Assembly: GCA_902602845.1 (NCBI GenBank)
Contig: CACKSN010000001.1
Span: 24,622-88,621 of the forward strand
Length of the DNA: 64,000 bases
Direction of reading: 5' to 3'
Source: an uncultured Alphaproteobacteria bacterium
Lineage (GTDB): Bacteria > Pseudomonadota > Alphaproteobacteria > HIMB59 > GCA-002718135
Shown: one piece after another, positions 36,917 through 48,394 of the stretch
Numbering within the stretch: the stretch's first letter is position 1
How the letters are laid out: every line of letters begins with the position of its first letter
Translations under genes and position numbers: made by a program
The notes under the pieces: generated by a model
The model's database searches: none
Told to the model about the DNA's origin: nothing
The model's input: the letters and a program-made list of their open reading frames with translations, nothing else

Positions 36917-37897
36917 TTAAATTATTTCTTCTTTAAGAGGGCGGTTTAATAATTTTGTCAATTCATCTTTTAAATTATGCTGTTTATAAAGTATATTATA
37001 AACAGACTCCATAATTGGCATCTCAATTTTATTTTTTTTTGAAATATTGTAAACTGCCTCTACAGTATAATAACCCTCTGTAACTTCTTGAGATTTTAAT
37101 AAATCAGAATAGTTTTCATTTTTTGCTGAAGCAATCTTAATTCCAAATTGAGTATTTCTTGAACTTTCAGAATTACAAGTTAGTATCAAATCTCCAAGAC
37201 CAGATAAACCAAATAAGGTATTTTTATTTGCTTTAAACTTTTCAGCAAATCTTGTCATTTCAGCAAATGATCTTGATATAAGAGCACTTTTTGCATTTTC
37301 ACCTAAGTTTAATCCCTTAGCAATTCCTGCAGCAACTGCGTATATATTTTTTAAAGCTCCACCTATTTGAGTACCCAATAAATCATTAGAATAATAAACA
37401 CGAAATTCTTTATTCTGAATTAATTTAGAAATTTTTTCAAAATTTGATTTATCTTTTGTTGCTAGAGTAACAGCTGTAGGTAAATTTTGAACAACTTCAT
37501 TTGAAAAAGATGGTCCAGATAAAATGCTTATACTTTTGTATGGCATTAATTCTTCAACAACTTGTGTTAAGAATTTTGAAGATTTAATTTCTATCCCTTT
37601 TGAGCAAATTATTATATTGTGTTTTTTATTTTGAAAATCTGATTGTGAAATTACATCTCTAATATTTTGAGTAGGTAAAGCAATAAATAAATAGATACAA
37701 TTTTTTAATTCTTTAAGTGATGAAGTTGCATTTACATTATGATTAAAGGTTGAATATTTAAGTTTTGGATTTAATTTATGATCATTAATTGACTTAACAA
37801 TATTTTCATCTCTAGCATATATTAGAACCTTATTTTGACTTAATATTCTAGCTAATGCGCTTCCCCAAACTCCGCCCCCAATAATGCCAATAGTCAT
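36917..37897 (-). CDS. gpsA: NAD(P)H-dependent glycerol-3-phosphate dehydrogenase
   Basis: Rossmann fold IGIIGGGVWGSALA, plus GALKNIYAVAAGI. I prefer the start at MTIGIIGGG (37897) over the track start 37933. Confidence 0.9.
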   Translation of the reverse strand: MTIGIIGGGVWGSALARILSQNKVLIYARDENIVKSINDHKLNPKLKYSTFNHNVNATSSLKELKNCIYLFIALPTQNIRDVISQSDFQNKKHNIIICSKGIEIKSSKFLTQVVEELMPYKSISILSGPSFSNEVVQNLPTAVTLATKDKSNFEKISKLIQNKEFRVYYSNDLLGTQIGGALKNIYAVAAGIAKGLNLGENAKSALISRSFAEMTRFAEKFKANKNTLFGLSGLGDLILTCNSESSRNTQFGIKIASAKNENYSDLLKSQEVTEGYYTVEAVYNISKKNKIEMPIMESVYNILYKQHNLKDELTKLLNRPLKEEII

Positions 37898-38045
37898 AGT
37901 CAGACCTTTATCTGCTGTGGCAAATGAAGTCAATTTTTGCTTTTTCCTTGTTTTTCGTACTTTTTTTTTGAAAAAACTGCATGAATGATTTTTGTATCTA
38001 GTATATGAGTAAAACTATTAAAAAGTATACTTTTTTGGAGGAAAT

Positions 38046-39227
38046 ATGAAAAAATTACTTCTAGCTGTTATTGTTAGTCTGTCGACTGTTTCGACTGCAG
38101 CATTAGCAGAAATTAAAGTAGGAATTATTCTTGGTTTTACAGGACCAATTGAATCTTTAACTCCTGCTATGAGAGATGGTGCTAGAATGGCATTTGATGA
38201 GGCATCAAACTCTGGAAATCTTTTAGGTGGTGAATCAATTACTATCTTAGAAGCTGACTCAACTTGTGTAGACTCTGCTGCTGCAACAGCTGCCGCTGAG
38301 GATTTAGTTGCACAAGGTGTATCAGCGATCATGGGTGCAGACTGTTCAGGTGTAACAGGTGCTATAAATGCTAACGTCGCAGTACCAAATGGTATCTTAA
38401 TGGTATCTCCATCTGCAACCTCACCAGGTCTAAGTAAAGTTCCTGATAATGGAACTTTCTGGCGTACTGCTCCATCCGATGCAAAAGGTGGTCAAGTATT
38501 AGCTAAACTTGCTTTAAGCAGAGGAATTGAGAGTATTGCAGTAACATATACAAACAATGACTATGGAAAAGGATTAGCTGAAGTATTTGAAGCATCATTT
38601 GCTTCTGGCGGAGGAACAATTACTGCTTCTGCTTCACATGAAGATGGAAAAGCAGATTATTCATCAGAAGTTGGTGTTCTTGCATCAGCTGGTGGAGACG
38701 CACTACTAGTAATTGGTTACATTGATGATGGTGGAAAAGGAATGATTGAAGCATCTTTAGATTCAGGTGCATTTGATACTTTTGTACTTTCTGATGGTAT
38801 GATTGGTCAATCTATAGTTGATAATATTGGAGCTGACCTAGAAGGATCATTTGGTTCTATGCCAGGTGCAATTTCAAAAGGTTCAGCAAAGTTTGGTGAA
38901 CTAGCAGCTGCTAAGGGCATGGATGGAAGTGCTCCATATGTAGGAGAGTCTTATGATGCTGCAGCAATTATTGCTCTTGCAATTCAAGCTGGTGGATCTG
39001 CTGATAAGCAATCAATCTTAAGTAATATTAGTAAAGTATCTAATGCTCCAGGTATCGTTATAAACCCTGGTCAACTATCATACGGCCTACAAATGTTAGC
39101 CGCTGGTAAAGATATTGATTATCAAGGCGCAACAGATGTAGAATTCAATGCGTTTGGTGATGCTAACGGTGCATTTAAAGAGTTAGAAGTTAACGGAGGT
39201 AAATTCGTTACTGTTGGCGCTCTTTAA
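38046..39227 (+). CDS. branched-chain amino acid ABC transporter substrate-binding protein (LivJ/K-like)
   Basis: 393 aa. Sec signal MKKLLLAVIVSLSTVSTAALA and a PBP type I pattern. SD GGAGGA at 38037-38042. Noticeably higher GC and biased codons suggest high expression. Confidence 0.88.
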   Translation: MKKLLLAVIVSLSTVSTAALAEIKVGIILGFTGPIESLTPAMRDGARMAFDEASNSGNLLGGESITILEADSTCVDSAAATAAAEDLVAQGVSAIMGADCSGVTGAINANVAVPNGILMVSPSATSPGLSKVPDNGTFWRTAPSDAKGGQVLAKLALSRGIESIAVTYTNNDYGKGLAEVFEASFASGGGTITASASHEDGKADYSSEVGVLASAGGDALLVIGYIDDGGKGMIEASLDSGAFDTFVLSDGMIGQSIVDNIGADLEGSFGSMPGAISKGSAKFGELAAAKGMDGSAPYVGESYDAAAIIALAIQAGGSADKQSILSNISKVSNAPGIVINPGQLSYGLQMLAAGKDIDYQGATDVEFNAFGDANGAFKELEVNGGKFVTVGAL

Positions 39228-39250
39228 TACTTTAAATTATTTTAATTTAA

Positions 39251-39276
39251 CCCCAGCTTTTAGCTGGGGTTTTTTT
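39251..39276. terminator. rho-independent terminator between convergent genes
   Basis: ccccagct (39251-39258) pairs with agctgggg (39262-39269) across a 3-nt loop, followed by seven T (39270-39276). The T-run overlaps the livM stop, and the hairpin is also downstream of livM on the other strand. Confidence 0.78.
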
Positions 39277-40648
39277 ATGAATGCCTTACTTTCTCAGGTA
39301 TGATTCCCTTAGGTCTGTATCGTAAAATTAATAACAAAATTAAACCCATAAATAAGTATCTAAAGTAAGGAACGCTATCGAGTAAATGTAATTTTAGAGC
39401 GTTACTAGGCTCTAATCCAATTGTAAGTTGATTAATAATAAATGTTGTAAGAGGTGCTGCTTCAATCCAAGAAAACCATATGACAAAACCACCAAATATA
39501 GCACCTAAATTATTTCCACTACCACCTACAATAACCATAATCCAAATTATAAAAGTGAAACGGAGTGGTCGGTATCCTGAAGGAGTAAATAATCCATCCA
39601 AAGTAACAAGCATTGCACCTGCAACACCTACAATTGCAGCCCCTATTACAAAAATAATTAGATGTTGTTTCACAACATCTTTACCCATTGCATTTGCAGC
39701 TGTTTCATTGTCTCTTATAGCTCTCATCATTCTTCCCCATGGAGATAATTGAGCTTTGTTCGCAAAATAAAAAATTATCAACATAACAATCAGAAATAAA
39801 ATAGCGTATGATAATTTTACAAATATTCCTGAGCCATCAATAATAAGATTTTTTAATACTTGTTGTCTATCACTTACATCAATAATATTATTTAACTTTG
39901 ATGAATTGAGATATGTAACTAAATTTATAAACCAATCTGCGCTTTGTAAATCAATTTCATAAGGAACTGGTCTCTTTAAACCGATTACATTTTTTACCCC
40001 CCTAGATAACCATTCTTCATGTTTTAAAATACTAACAACTATTTCTGAAATTCCTAGAGTTACAATTGCCAAATAATCAGATCGTAATCCAAGAGCTACT
40101 TTACCAATGACAAATGCAACACCTGCAGCAAATAAACCTCCTACTATCCAAGAGAATATTATTGGCAGCCCAAGACCCCCTAAAAAACCTGCTATTGCTG
40201 GATTAACATCTTCAATATTATGTGTGGCGTTTAAATAAAAGTGTCTGATAATTAAAATACCAAAAAAAATTATAAGAGAATTTAAAATATACCTATTTCT
40301 TTTTTGTATTACTGTTTTATTAATATACATTACAGCAATCACCAATACGACAAGCAAAGCAAAACTGATACCTAACCCCCTACCTCCAGCCTGCCATGAA
40401 TCAGCAATAGGAGGATAAGAAACAAGAACTGCAGCTAATCCACCCATGGCTAGAAAACCCATTACACCGAAATTAATAACCCCTGCATACCCCCAAGAAA
40501 TATTAACTCCCATTGTCATTATTGCTGAAATAATGCACATATTTAAAATTACTAAACTTACTGACCATCCTTGAATGAAACCTACTAAAATAAAAAGAGA
40601 TATCATAATTGCAATTGCTAACCACTCATACCTTTCAAATTTCATCAT
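39275..40648 (-). CDS. livM: branched-chain amino acid ABC transporter permease
   Basis: 457 aa polytopic membrane protein in a livGFHM-order operon. LivM-like conserved C-terminal half. Confidence 0.86.
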   Translation of the reverse strand: MMKFERYEWLAIAIMISLFILVGFIQGWSVSLVILNMCIISAIMTMGVNISWGYAGVINFGVMGFLAMGGLAAVLVSYPPIADSWQAGGRGLGISFALLVVLVIAVMYINKTVIQKRNRYILNSLIIFFGILIIRHFYLNATHNIEDVNPAIAGFLGGLGLPIIFSWIVGGLFAAGVAFVIGKVALGLRSDYLAIVTLGISEIVVSILKHEEWLSRGVKNVIGLKRPVPYEIDLQSADWFINLVTYLNSSKLNNIIDVSDRQQVLKNLIIDGSGIFVKLSYAILFLIVMLIIFYFANKAQLSPWGRMMRAIRDNETAANAMGKDVVKQHLIIFVIGAAIVGVAGAMLVTLDGLFTPSGYRPLRFTFIIWIMVIVGGSGNNLGAIFGGFVIWFSWIEAAPLTTFIINQLTIGLEPSNALKLHLLDSVPYFRYLFMGLILLLILRYRPKGIIPEKVRHS

Positions 40649-41658
40649 AATACTCTTCCTTTAAAAATACCTGATGGTCTTATCAATAAAACAATAACTA
40701 AAATTGAAAATGATACAGCAAATTTATAATCTGTTGAAAGCAATTGCACCAAACCAGTCGGTTCTAAAGAATCTGGGAGCAGATAAATAAAAAATTTCTT
40801 ATAAGCATATGTTACCATAATTTCTGAAAAAGCAATGACATAACCACCAACGACAGCTCCAAAAGGACTGCCTATTCCTCCAACAATTGCTGATGCAAAT
40901 ATTGGCAAGACTAAATTGAGATAAATAATTGGCTTATAACTTTTATCTAAACCATAAAGTGTTCCAGCGACACAAGCTAGAACGCCTACAATAATCCAAG
41001 TTATTAGAACTACTCGATCAGGATTTATGCCTGATAATAATGCTAAATCTTCATTATCAGAAAATGCTCTCATTGATTTTCCTGTTTTAGTTTTTTGTAA
41101 AAACCAAAAAGTAAAAGATAAAAGCAAAATAGTAATTAAAATTGTTATCACTTGAGAAGATTTTAATGCCAAACCTTCATTTAGTCCTGTCATTACTTTA
41201 AATTGTTTTGCTTTCATAATAAATTTTTGACCATCAGAGAATTTTATTGTCTCAGTTCCAATAATTATTCTAATAATTGCATTGATTACAAACATGACAC
41301 CTATTGAAACCATTGCTAAAACAACTGGAACACTTTTTTGATACCTATAATATTGGAAAACAAATTTATCAGAAATTATACATAAAATAATTGTTGCTAT
41401 TATTCCTATCGGTAAAGCTAACATAGCGGTTGGAAGAATTCCTAAACCAATATTTTGTGATTGAAAAAACCACGTAAATAAAATTGTTATCATAGCTCCA
41501 AATGACATAATTTCACCATGAGCAAAATTTGCAAAGCGAAGTATGGCATAAACAAATGTAACTCCAAGTGCCCCAAGTGCAAGTTGGGACCCATAAGATA
41601 TTCCAGGAATTATAATGAAATTTAGAAGCACAATTATTGAGTTTAGAAAATCAATCAT
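40645..41658 (-). CDS. livH: branched-chain amino acid ABC transporter permease
   Basis: 337 aa. LivH-like (NFAHGEIMSFGAM motif). 4-nt overlap with livM. Confidence 0.88.
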   Translation of the reverse strand: MIDFLNSIIVLLNFIIIPGISYGSQLALGALGVTFVYAILRFANFAHGEIMSFGAMITILFTWFFQSQNIGLGILPTAMLALPIGIIATIILCIISDKFVFQYYRYQKSVPVVLAMVSIGVMFVINAIIRIIIGTETIKFSDGQKFIMKAKQFKVMTGLNEGLALKSSQVITILITILLLSFTFWFLQKTKTGKSMRAFSDNEDLALLSGINPDRVVLITWIIVGVLACVAGTLYGLDKSYKPIIYLNLVLPIFASAIVGGIGSPFGAVVGGYVIAFSEIMVTYAYKKFFIYLLPDSLEPTGLVQLLSTDYKFAVSFSILVIVLLIRPSGIFKGRVL

Positions 41659-41659
41659 G

Positions 41660-42364
41660 TTAACCGCCTAAGAAAGACTTTCTTACTTCTGGATTATTTA
41701 ATAATTCTTTTCCCGAACCTTCTCTGCTATTTTTCCCATTTACTAATACATATCCTCTATCAGCAATACTAAGTGCTTGTTTAGCATTTTGTTCAACCAT
41801 TAGTATGCCAACACCTGTTTTACGAACTTCTATTATTCTTGAAAATAACTCATCCATAACTATCGGTGATACTCCTGCGGTTGGTTCATCTAGCATTAGA
41901 ATTTTAGGTTTTGTCATAAGTGCTCTTCCAAAAGCCACTTGTTGTCTTTGACCGCCTGATAATTCTCCGGCGCTTTGATTTCTTTTTTCTTTTAAAATTG
42001 GAAAAAGATCATAAATATCATTAATGGTGTGAATAATTTCATCTTGTCTTAAAAAACCTCCCATTTCTAAATTTTCTTCTACTGTCATTCCAGTAAATAC
42101 ATTGTTGGTTTGTGGAACAAATGCCAATCCCAAATTTATTCTATTTTGAGGTAACATTGATGAAATTTCTTTATTAGAATATTTAACAGAGCCTGAAGTT
42201 AAACTCAATAATCCAAGTAATGCTTTCATTGCGGTTGATTTCCCTGCTCCATTTGGGCCAACTATTACAACTATCTCACCTTCATTTACTTCAAGATTAA
42301 TATCTTTAACTATATCTACACCCCCATATCCAGCTGTTAATTTTTTACCAATTAAATTATTCAT
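41660..42364 (-). CDS. livF: branched-chain amino acid ABC transporter ATP-binding protein
   Basis: 234 aa. Walker A GPNGAGKST, signature LSGGQRQ, Walker B LMLDEP. Confidence 0.92.
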   Translation of the reverse strand: MNNLIGKKLTAGYGGVDIVKDINLEVNEGEIVVIVGPNGAGKSTAMKALLGLLSLTSGSVKYSNKEISSMLPQNRINLGLAFVPQTNNVFTGMTVEENLEMGGFLRQDEIIHTINDIYDLFPILKEKRNQSAGELSGGQRQQVAFGRALMTKPKILMLDEPTAGVSPIVMDELFSRIIEVRKTGVGILMVEQNAKQALSIADRGYVLVNGKNSREGSGKELLNNPEVRKSFLGG

Positions 42365-42370
42365 AAAATT

Positions 42371-43138
42371 TTAACTCTTATTCATACCCTTTCCTAAATA
42401 TGCTTCTATAACAGTATCGTTATTTTTAACTTCTTGGAAATTTCCTTTAAATAACACTGATCCTTCAGCCATAACAATGACAGGATCACATATTTTTTCG
42501 ATAAGATCCATATCGTGCTCAATTACAAAGAATGTAAAATTTTTTTCTTTATTTAATCTTAATATTGCATCAGTAATTTCGTTAAGAAGTGTCCGATTTA
42601 CTCCTGCTCCTACTTCGTCAAGTAAAACAATTTGAGGATCAACCATCATAGTTCTCCCTAACTCAAGTAATTTTTTTTGACCACCTGATAAGTTGCCAGC
42701 AAGTTCTTGTGTCAAATGATTAAGATTTAAAAAATTTATTACTTCAATAGCTTTTGCTCTTATTTTCTCCTCCTGTTTCTTTACTTTTGATTTACTCAAT
42801 AAAGCATATGATAATTTTTCACCTAGCTGGTTTGGAGGAACCATCATTAAATTCTCTAAAACTGTTAATGTCGAAAACTCATGCGCAATTTGAAATGTTC
42901 TAAGAACCCCTTTTGCAAATAATTCGTGTGGTTTTAAATAAGAAATATCTTCATTATTAAGAATTATATTTCCTGCATCCGGATCATATAATCCAGCAAT
43001 AGTATTAAATAAGGTTGTTTTACCAGCTCCATTTGGTCCTATTAAACCTGTAATTGAACCTAGTTCTACTTTCATTGATGCTTTGTGGACTGCTTTTAAT
43101 CCTCCAAAAAATTTATTTACATTTCTAATTTCAAGCAT
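42371..43138 (-). CDS. livG: branched-chain amino acid ABC transporter ATP-binding protein
   Basis: 255 aa. Walker A GPNGAGKTT, signature LSGGQKK, Walker B VLLDEV. LivG-type C-terminal extension. Confidence 0.92.
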   Translation of the reverse strand: MLEIRNVNKFFGGLKAVHKASMKVELGSITGLIGPNGAGKTTLFNTIAGLYDPDAGNIILNNEDISYLKPHELFAKGVLRTFQIAHEFSTLTVLENLMMVPPNQLGEKLSYALLSKSKVKKQEEKIRAKAIEVINFLNLNHLTQELAGNLSGGQKKLLELGRTMMVDPQIVLLDEVGAGVNRTLLNEITDAILRLNKEKNFTFFVIEHDMDLIEKICDPVIVMAEGSVLFKGNFQEVKNNDTVIEAYLGKGMNKS

Positions 43139-44228
43139 AACTTATTTTTTTTAAATTAGAGTTAAGTTCAATATTTAGAACAAGACCAATTGATATCATA
43201 ATAGATAACATAACAGAGCCTCCGTATGAAACTAATGGCAAAGGAATACCTACAACTGGCATTAAACCTGATACCATTGAAATATTCATTATAACATATA
43301 TAAATATATTAGAACCAACGCCGATAGAAATAATTCTACCAAAAATATGATTTGATTTAATACTAATATAAAAACAAGTTGAAATTAATAAAATAAATAA
43401 AAAAATAATAAATATTGTTCCAATAAACCCAAACTCTTCACCGATGAGAGTAAAAATAAAATCTGTTTGCTTTTCAGGTAAGTATTGTAAATATGATTGT
43501 GTCCCCTCTAAAAAACCTTTGCCTGATAGACCTCCAGAACCTAAAGCTATTTTTGATTGAATGAGCTGATATCCTCTTCCTAGAACATCAGCATCAGGAT
43601 TTAGAAATGATATAACTCTATCTTTTTGATATGGCTTGAGAAGATTTAACATTAAAGGAATTGAAATTATTACTAATGAAATACCTAAAATAAATTTCCA
43701 AATTCTTATTCCACATACAAACAAAATAAAAACTCCTAATATTAAAATACTTAAAGCTGTGCCTAAATCAGGCTGTATAGCAACAAAGAGAAAGGGCAAA
43801 AATAAAATTAAAAAAGGTAAAAATAAATTAGCAATTTTTCTTACTTCTTCATATTTCAAATCATGATAAAATCTAGCTAAAGCTATTATAATAAAAATTT
43901 TTATTAATTCAGACGGTTGAAGGCTTAAACCAAAGATATTAATCCATCTTGTTGCTCCTTTTCCAAATACACCAATTAATTCAACTGAAATTAATAATAT
44001 TAAAGATAAAATAAATAGTAAATAAGCATATTTAAAAATTATTTTTATGTCAATTAATGCAATTATAATTGCCATTAATAGCATTGCTAACATCCTTATT
44101 AAATGTTTTGAAGCCCATGGATCATAGGACCCACCCGCAGCTGAATATAAACCTGCTGCACCAATAAATGAAATTAGCATAGTTAGGAATAATATAAGGT
44201 AATTTAAATTTTTTATTTTAGATAACAT
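43131..44228 (-). CDS. rodA: rod shape-determining protein RodA (SEDS glycosyltransferase)
   Basis: 365 aa, SEDS family (PEKQTDFIFT, GLMPVVGIPLPLVSYGGS). Downstream of mrdA. Confidence 0.92.
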   Translation of the reverse strand: MLSKIKNLNYLILFLTMLISFIGAAGLYSAAGGSYDPWASKHLIRMLAMLLMAIIIALIDIKIIFKYAYLLFILSLILLISVELIGVFGKGATRWINIFGLSLQPSELIKIFIIIALARFYHDLKYEEVRKIANLFLPFLILFLPFLFVAIQPDLGTALSILILGVFILFVCGIRIWKFILGISLVIISIPLMLNLLKPYQKDRVISFLNPDADVLGRGYQLIQSKIALGSGGLSGKGFLEGTQSYLQYLPEKQTDFIFTLIGEEFGFIGTIFIIFLFILLISTCFYISIKSNHIFGRIISIGVGSNIFIYVIMNISMVSGLMPVVGIPLPLVSYGGSVMLSIMISIGLVLNIELNSNLKKISYA

Positions 44229-46033
44229 TATATATTGAGCTTATTTAAAAATTGAAAGACTTGTTTAGCAATTGGTGCTGCTGTTGATGCACCAGATCCT
44301 CCATGCTCTATTACAACTGAAATTGAATATTTAGGATTATCATGAGGCATGTACCCAACAAATAATGCATGGTCTCTTTTATTCCATTCTACTTCCTTTT
44401 TTCGAAAATCTTCACTTTCTCTCTCAGCTACTGTAATACGTCTTACTTGAGAAGTACCTGTTTTACCAGAAAAAGTAACTTCATTTGATCTCGATTTAAA
44501 TGCTGTACCTTTATTTTCATTAACTACTTTAAACATAGATTGTTTAATTATTTTTATTGATGATTTATATTTTTCTAATTGGTTAGTTATTTTATTTAAA
44601 TTTTCATTATTAGTTAATTTTGGTTTAATTATTTTACCATCCTTAGCAATAATTGATGTCATTGCAGCAAGCTGTAATGGAGTAGCCAGAACAAAACCTT
44701 GACCAATAGCAGAAATTAAAGTTTCTCCTGGATACCAACTTTCTCCTAAGTTTTCTTTTTTCCATTCTTTTGATGGTACTATACCACTCTTCTGATTGCT
44801 GAGAGGAAGGTCATAAGTTTTACCTAAACCAAAATCTTTTGCTACTTCAGCTATCTTATCAATACCTATCTTTTTTGATATTTCATAAAAAAATACATCA
44901 CATGACTCTTTAATGGCAGATTCAACGTTCATTGATCCATGTCCATTATTCTTCCAGCAATGATATAATCGATCGCCTAATGATATCTTACCACTACAAG
45001 AATGTTTAGTTCCAACATTTATTATGCCATGATGTAGACCTGCAATGGCAACGATCATTTTGAATGTTGAGCCGGGAGCATATAAACCTTGAATACTTCT
45101 AAAAGTGAGGGGTGATAAATTATTTTGTAGTATTGAGTCCCAATATTTTTTATTAGGTTTCTTAATTATTTTATTTGGATCATATGAAGGCGTTGATGCC
45201 ATACATAAAATATTTCCATTGTTAACATTCATTACTACAATTGATCCAGCTCTATGAGAATTAAGTAAGTTCACAGAATATTCCTGTAATCTTAAATCTA
45301 ATGTTAATTTTAAATCTTTTCCTTGAATGCTATCTCTTCTTGATATTTCTCTAATTATTCTTCCAGAAGAATTAACTTCTATTTCTCTTTGCCCTGCCTT
45401 ACCAACTAATAATGGGTTAAAGTTTTTTTCAATGCCCTCTTTTCCAATTTCCAAATCTGGCATATTTGTTATGAAAGGTAATGAAATCTCATCTTCATTT
45501 GGTTTATTAATGTAACCTAAAATGTGTGAAAAAATATTTCCATAGTTGTAAACTCTCATGTAATCTTGGGATATAAAAATTCCATCAATATTCAATCTGT
45601 TAGATTCTACTTTTTCTAACTCTAACCAATTTATATTTTCAAAAATTTTTATTTTCTCAAATTTTTTAACCTTTTTGCTCAATTCAATTATTTTTCTTTT
45701 CTTACTAAATTCAATTTTAATAATTGCTGAAATTTGATTTAAAGTATTATTAATATTATTCGTTTTTTCTGGAATTAAATAAACATCAAAAACTTTTTTA
45801 TTTGAAACAAGAATATTATTATTTGCATCAAGAATTCTTCCTCTGAGTGGGTAAAGAAATTCAATATCTATCTGGTTATTTTTTGAGAGAGTTCTGTATT
45901 TTTCAGAATCTTTAATTTGAATATTATAAAGTCTCCATCCTACTATACCAAATAATGAAAGTTTTAATCCATACAAAAGAAAAGTTCTTCTATTTATTAC
46001 GCTATATTGTTTTTTATCTTCAGAATAAAACAT
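44228..46033 (-). CDS. mrdA: penicillin-binding protein 2
   Basis: 601 aa. Transpeptidase motifs STFK (PGSTFK), SCD and KTGT (GKTGTSQ). Confidence 0.92.
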   Translation of the reverse strand: MFYSEDKKQYSVINRRTFLLYGLKLSLFGIVGWRLYNIQIKDSEKYRTLSKNNQIDIEFLYPLRGRILDANNNILVSNKKVFDVYLIPEKTNNINNTLNQISAIIKIEFSKKRKIIELSKKVKKFEKIKIFENINWLELEKVESNRLNIDGIFISQDYMRVYNYGNIFSHILGYINKPNEDEISLPFITNMPDLEIGKEGIEKNFNPLLVGKAGQREIEVNSSGRIIREISRRDSIQGKDLKLTLDLRLQEYSVNLLNSHRAGSIVVMNVNNGNILCMASTPSYDPNKIIKKPNKKYWDSILQNNLSPLTFRSIQGLYAPGSTFKMIVAIAGLHHGIINVGTKHSCSGKISLGDRLYHCWKNNGHGSMNVESAIKESCDVFFYEISKKIGIDKIAEVAKDFGLGKTYDLPLSNQKSGIVPSKEWKKENLGESWYPGETLISAIGQGFVLATPLQLAAMTSIIAKDGKIIKPKLTNNENLNKITNQLEKYKSSIKIIKQSMFKVVNENKGTAFKSRSNEVTFSGKTGTSQVRRITVAERESEDFRKKEVEWNKRDHALFVGYMPHDNPKYSISVVIEHGGSGASTAAPIAKQVFQFLNKLNI

Positions 46034-46035
46034 AC

Positions 46036-46518
46036 TTATTTATTAAATTTATTCAAAAAAAATATTGTAGGAATAAAAATTATTAAAGAAATAACTGTAT
46101 ATTTACCAAATTCAAATAAGTTAAAAAATATATTGTTTAAAAAATAAGCTAATATAAATTCAAAAAAAAATATAAATATCAAAACAAAGTATATTAATAA
46201 TCCTATTTGATAGGAAGACATTAATAAAAGATATTTTTTAAAAAAAATAAATAATAAAGTTAAAATTAAGAAAATTATCAGGTGAACTCCAACTGAATTT
46301 AATAGAAATATATCAAACAAGACGCCATAAAAGAAACTTATAAAAAATAGAGAGAAATGATAAAAATAAAATATAAAATATATAAATGATATATGAAAGA
46401 TAATATAAGAAATAACGTTAATATTTTCAATACTTACAAAAGAATTCACACTTATAGAAAATGTTATGAATAAAATTAAGTTAAAGATAATATAATTTTT
46501 TATAGATTTTGAGATCAC
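46036..46518 (-). CDS. mreD: rod shape-determining protein MreD
   Basis: 160 aa, very hydrophobic. Called mainly from its position between mreC and mrdA. Confidence 0.7.
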   Translation of the reverse strand: MISKSIKNYIIFNLILFITFSISVNSFVSIENINVISYIIFHISFIYFIFYFYHFSLFFISFFYGVLFDIFLLNSVGVHLIIFLILTLLFIFFKKYLLLMSSYQIGLLIYFVLIFIFFFEFILAYFLNNIFFNLFEFGKYTVISLIIFIPTIFFLNKFNK

Positions 46519-46520
46519 TT

Positions 46521-47342
46521 TTATTTTGATGTTACAATTTGTAGATAATCAATATTATTAAAATCTACGAAAGGTAAAACATAAAATCTATTATTTTCAA
46601 CTCTGGATATTTTTCCAACTAACAAATCAACAGGAAAAACTTCTGCTGTCCCACTTGTAACAACTATATCACCCACTTTTGGCATATTATTATTTTTAAT
46701 AAACTTACTCACTAATTGTTTTTTATCACCTACACCAGTTACTATGGAAAATATTTCATCTGATACTGTCTTTATTGATAAAGTGAAATTTGGATCATTT
46801 ACTAATAAAACTCTAGAATTTGAACTTGTAGTTTCAATTACTTTTCCAACTAACCCTCTTTCATTTATTGCAGACATATTTTTTTCAATTTTATCTTCAT
46901 AACCTGCATTGATGTTAATCATGTTAGAGTAAAAAGTTTGATTTCTATTAATTAATGAGGCTGTTTTAATTAATTTTAAGTTGTTATCTGTTGCATTTAA
47001 TAGTCTTTTAAGAACTTTGTTTTCTCGAGTATTTTGAATAGCTAATGTTTGCCATTTTTTTAATCGAATAATTTCTTCATGTAATATTTTATTTTCAAAT
47101 TTTAAGTTTTTAAATTGTATATATTCGTTGTTAATATTTGATATAAATCTAACAGGTGATGATACGACTTTAGTTAATGGGTTTATAAATGAGGAAGTAA
47201 AATTTTTTATACTATTAATTAAAATGTAGTCGCTTTTAGAAAAAAGTACTAAAAAAAATGAAAGTAATAATATTGAAACTATTGAAATATTTTTAATTAT
47301 TTTAGTTGTTGATAATACTCGTGCTTTAAACTTAGGAGCCAT
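46521..47342 (-). CDS. mreC: rod shape-determining protein MreC
   Basis: 273 aa. N-terminal TM helix, coiled coil (LKFENKILHEEIIRLKKW) and a beta-rich C-terminus (VVTSGTAEVFP). Confidence 0.85.
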   Translation of the reverse strand: MAPKFKARVLSTTKIIKNISIVSILLLSFFLVLFSKSDYILINSIKNFTSSFINPLTKVVSSPVRFISNINNEYIQFKNLKFENKILHEEIIRLKKWQTLAIQNTRENKVLKRLLNATDNNLKLIKTASLINRNQTFYSNMININAGYEDKIEKNMSAINERGLVGKVIETTSSNSRVLLVNDPNFTLSIKTVSDEIFSIVTGVGDKKQLVSKFIKNNNMPKVGDIVVTSGTAEVFPVDLLVGKISRVENNRFYVLPFVDFNNIDYLQIVTSK

Positions 47343-47350
47343 AGAATATT

Positions 47351-48391
<1,041 letters not shown>

Positions 48392-48394
48392 TTA

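Noticed and set aside
38018-38332. 104-aa minus-strand ORF overlapping the LivJ-like SBP gene start
   Set aside because: It is antisense to a highly biased, clearly homologous SBP gene. Its Ala/Ser-rich translation is a by-product of the GC-richer sense strand.
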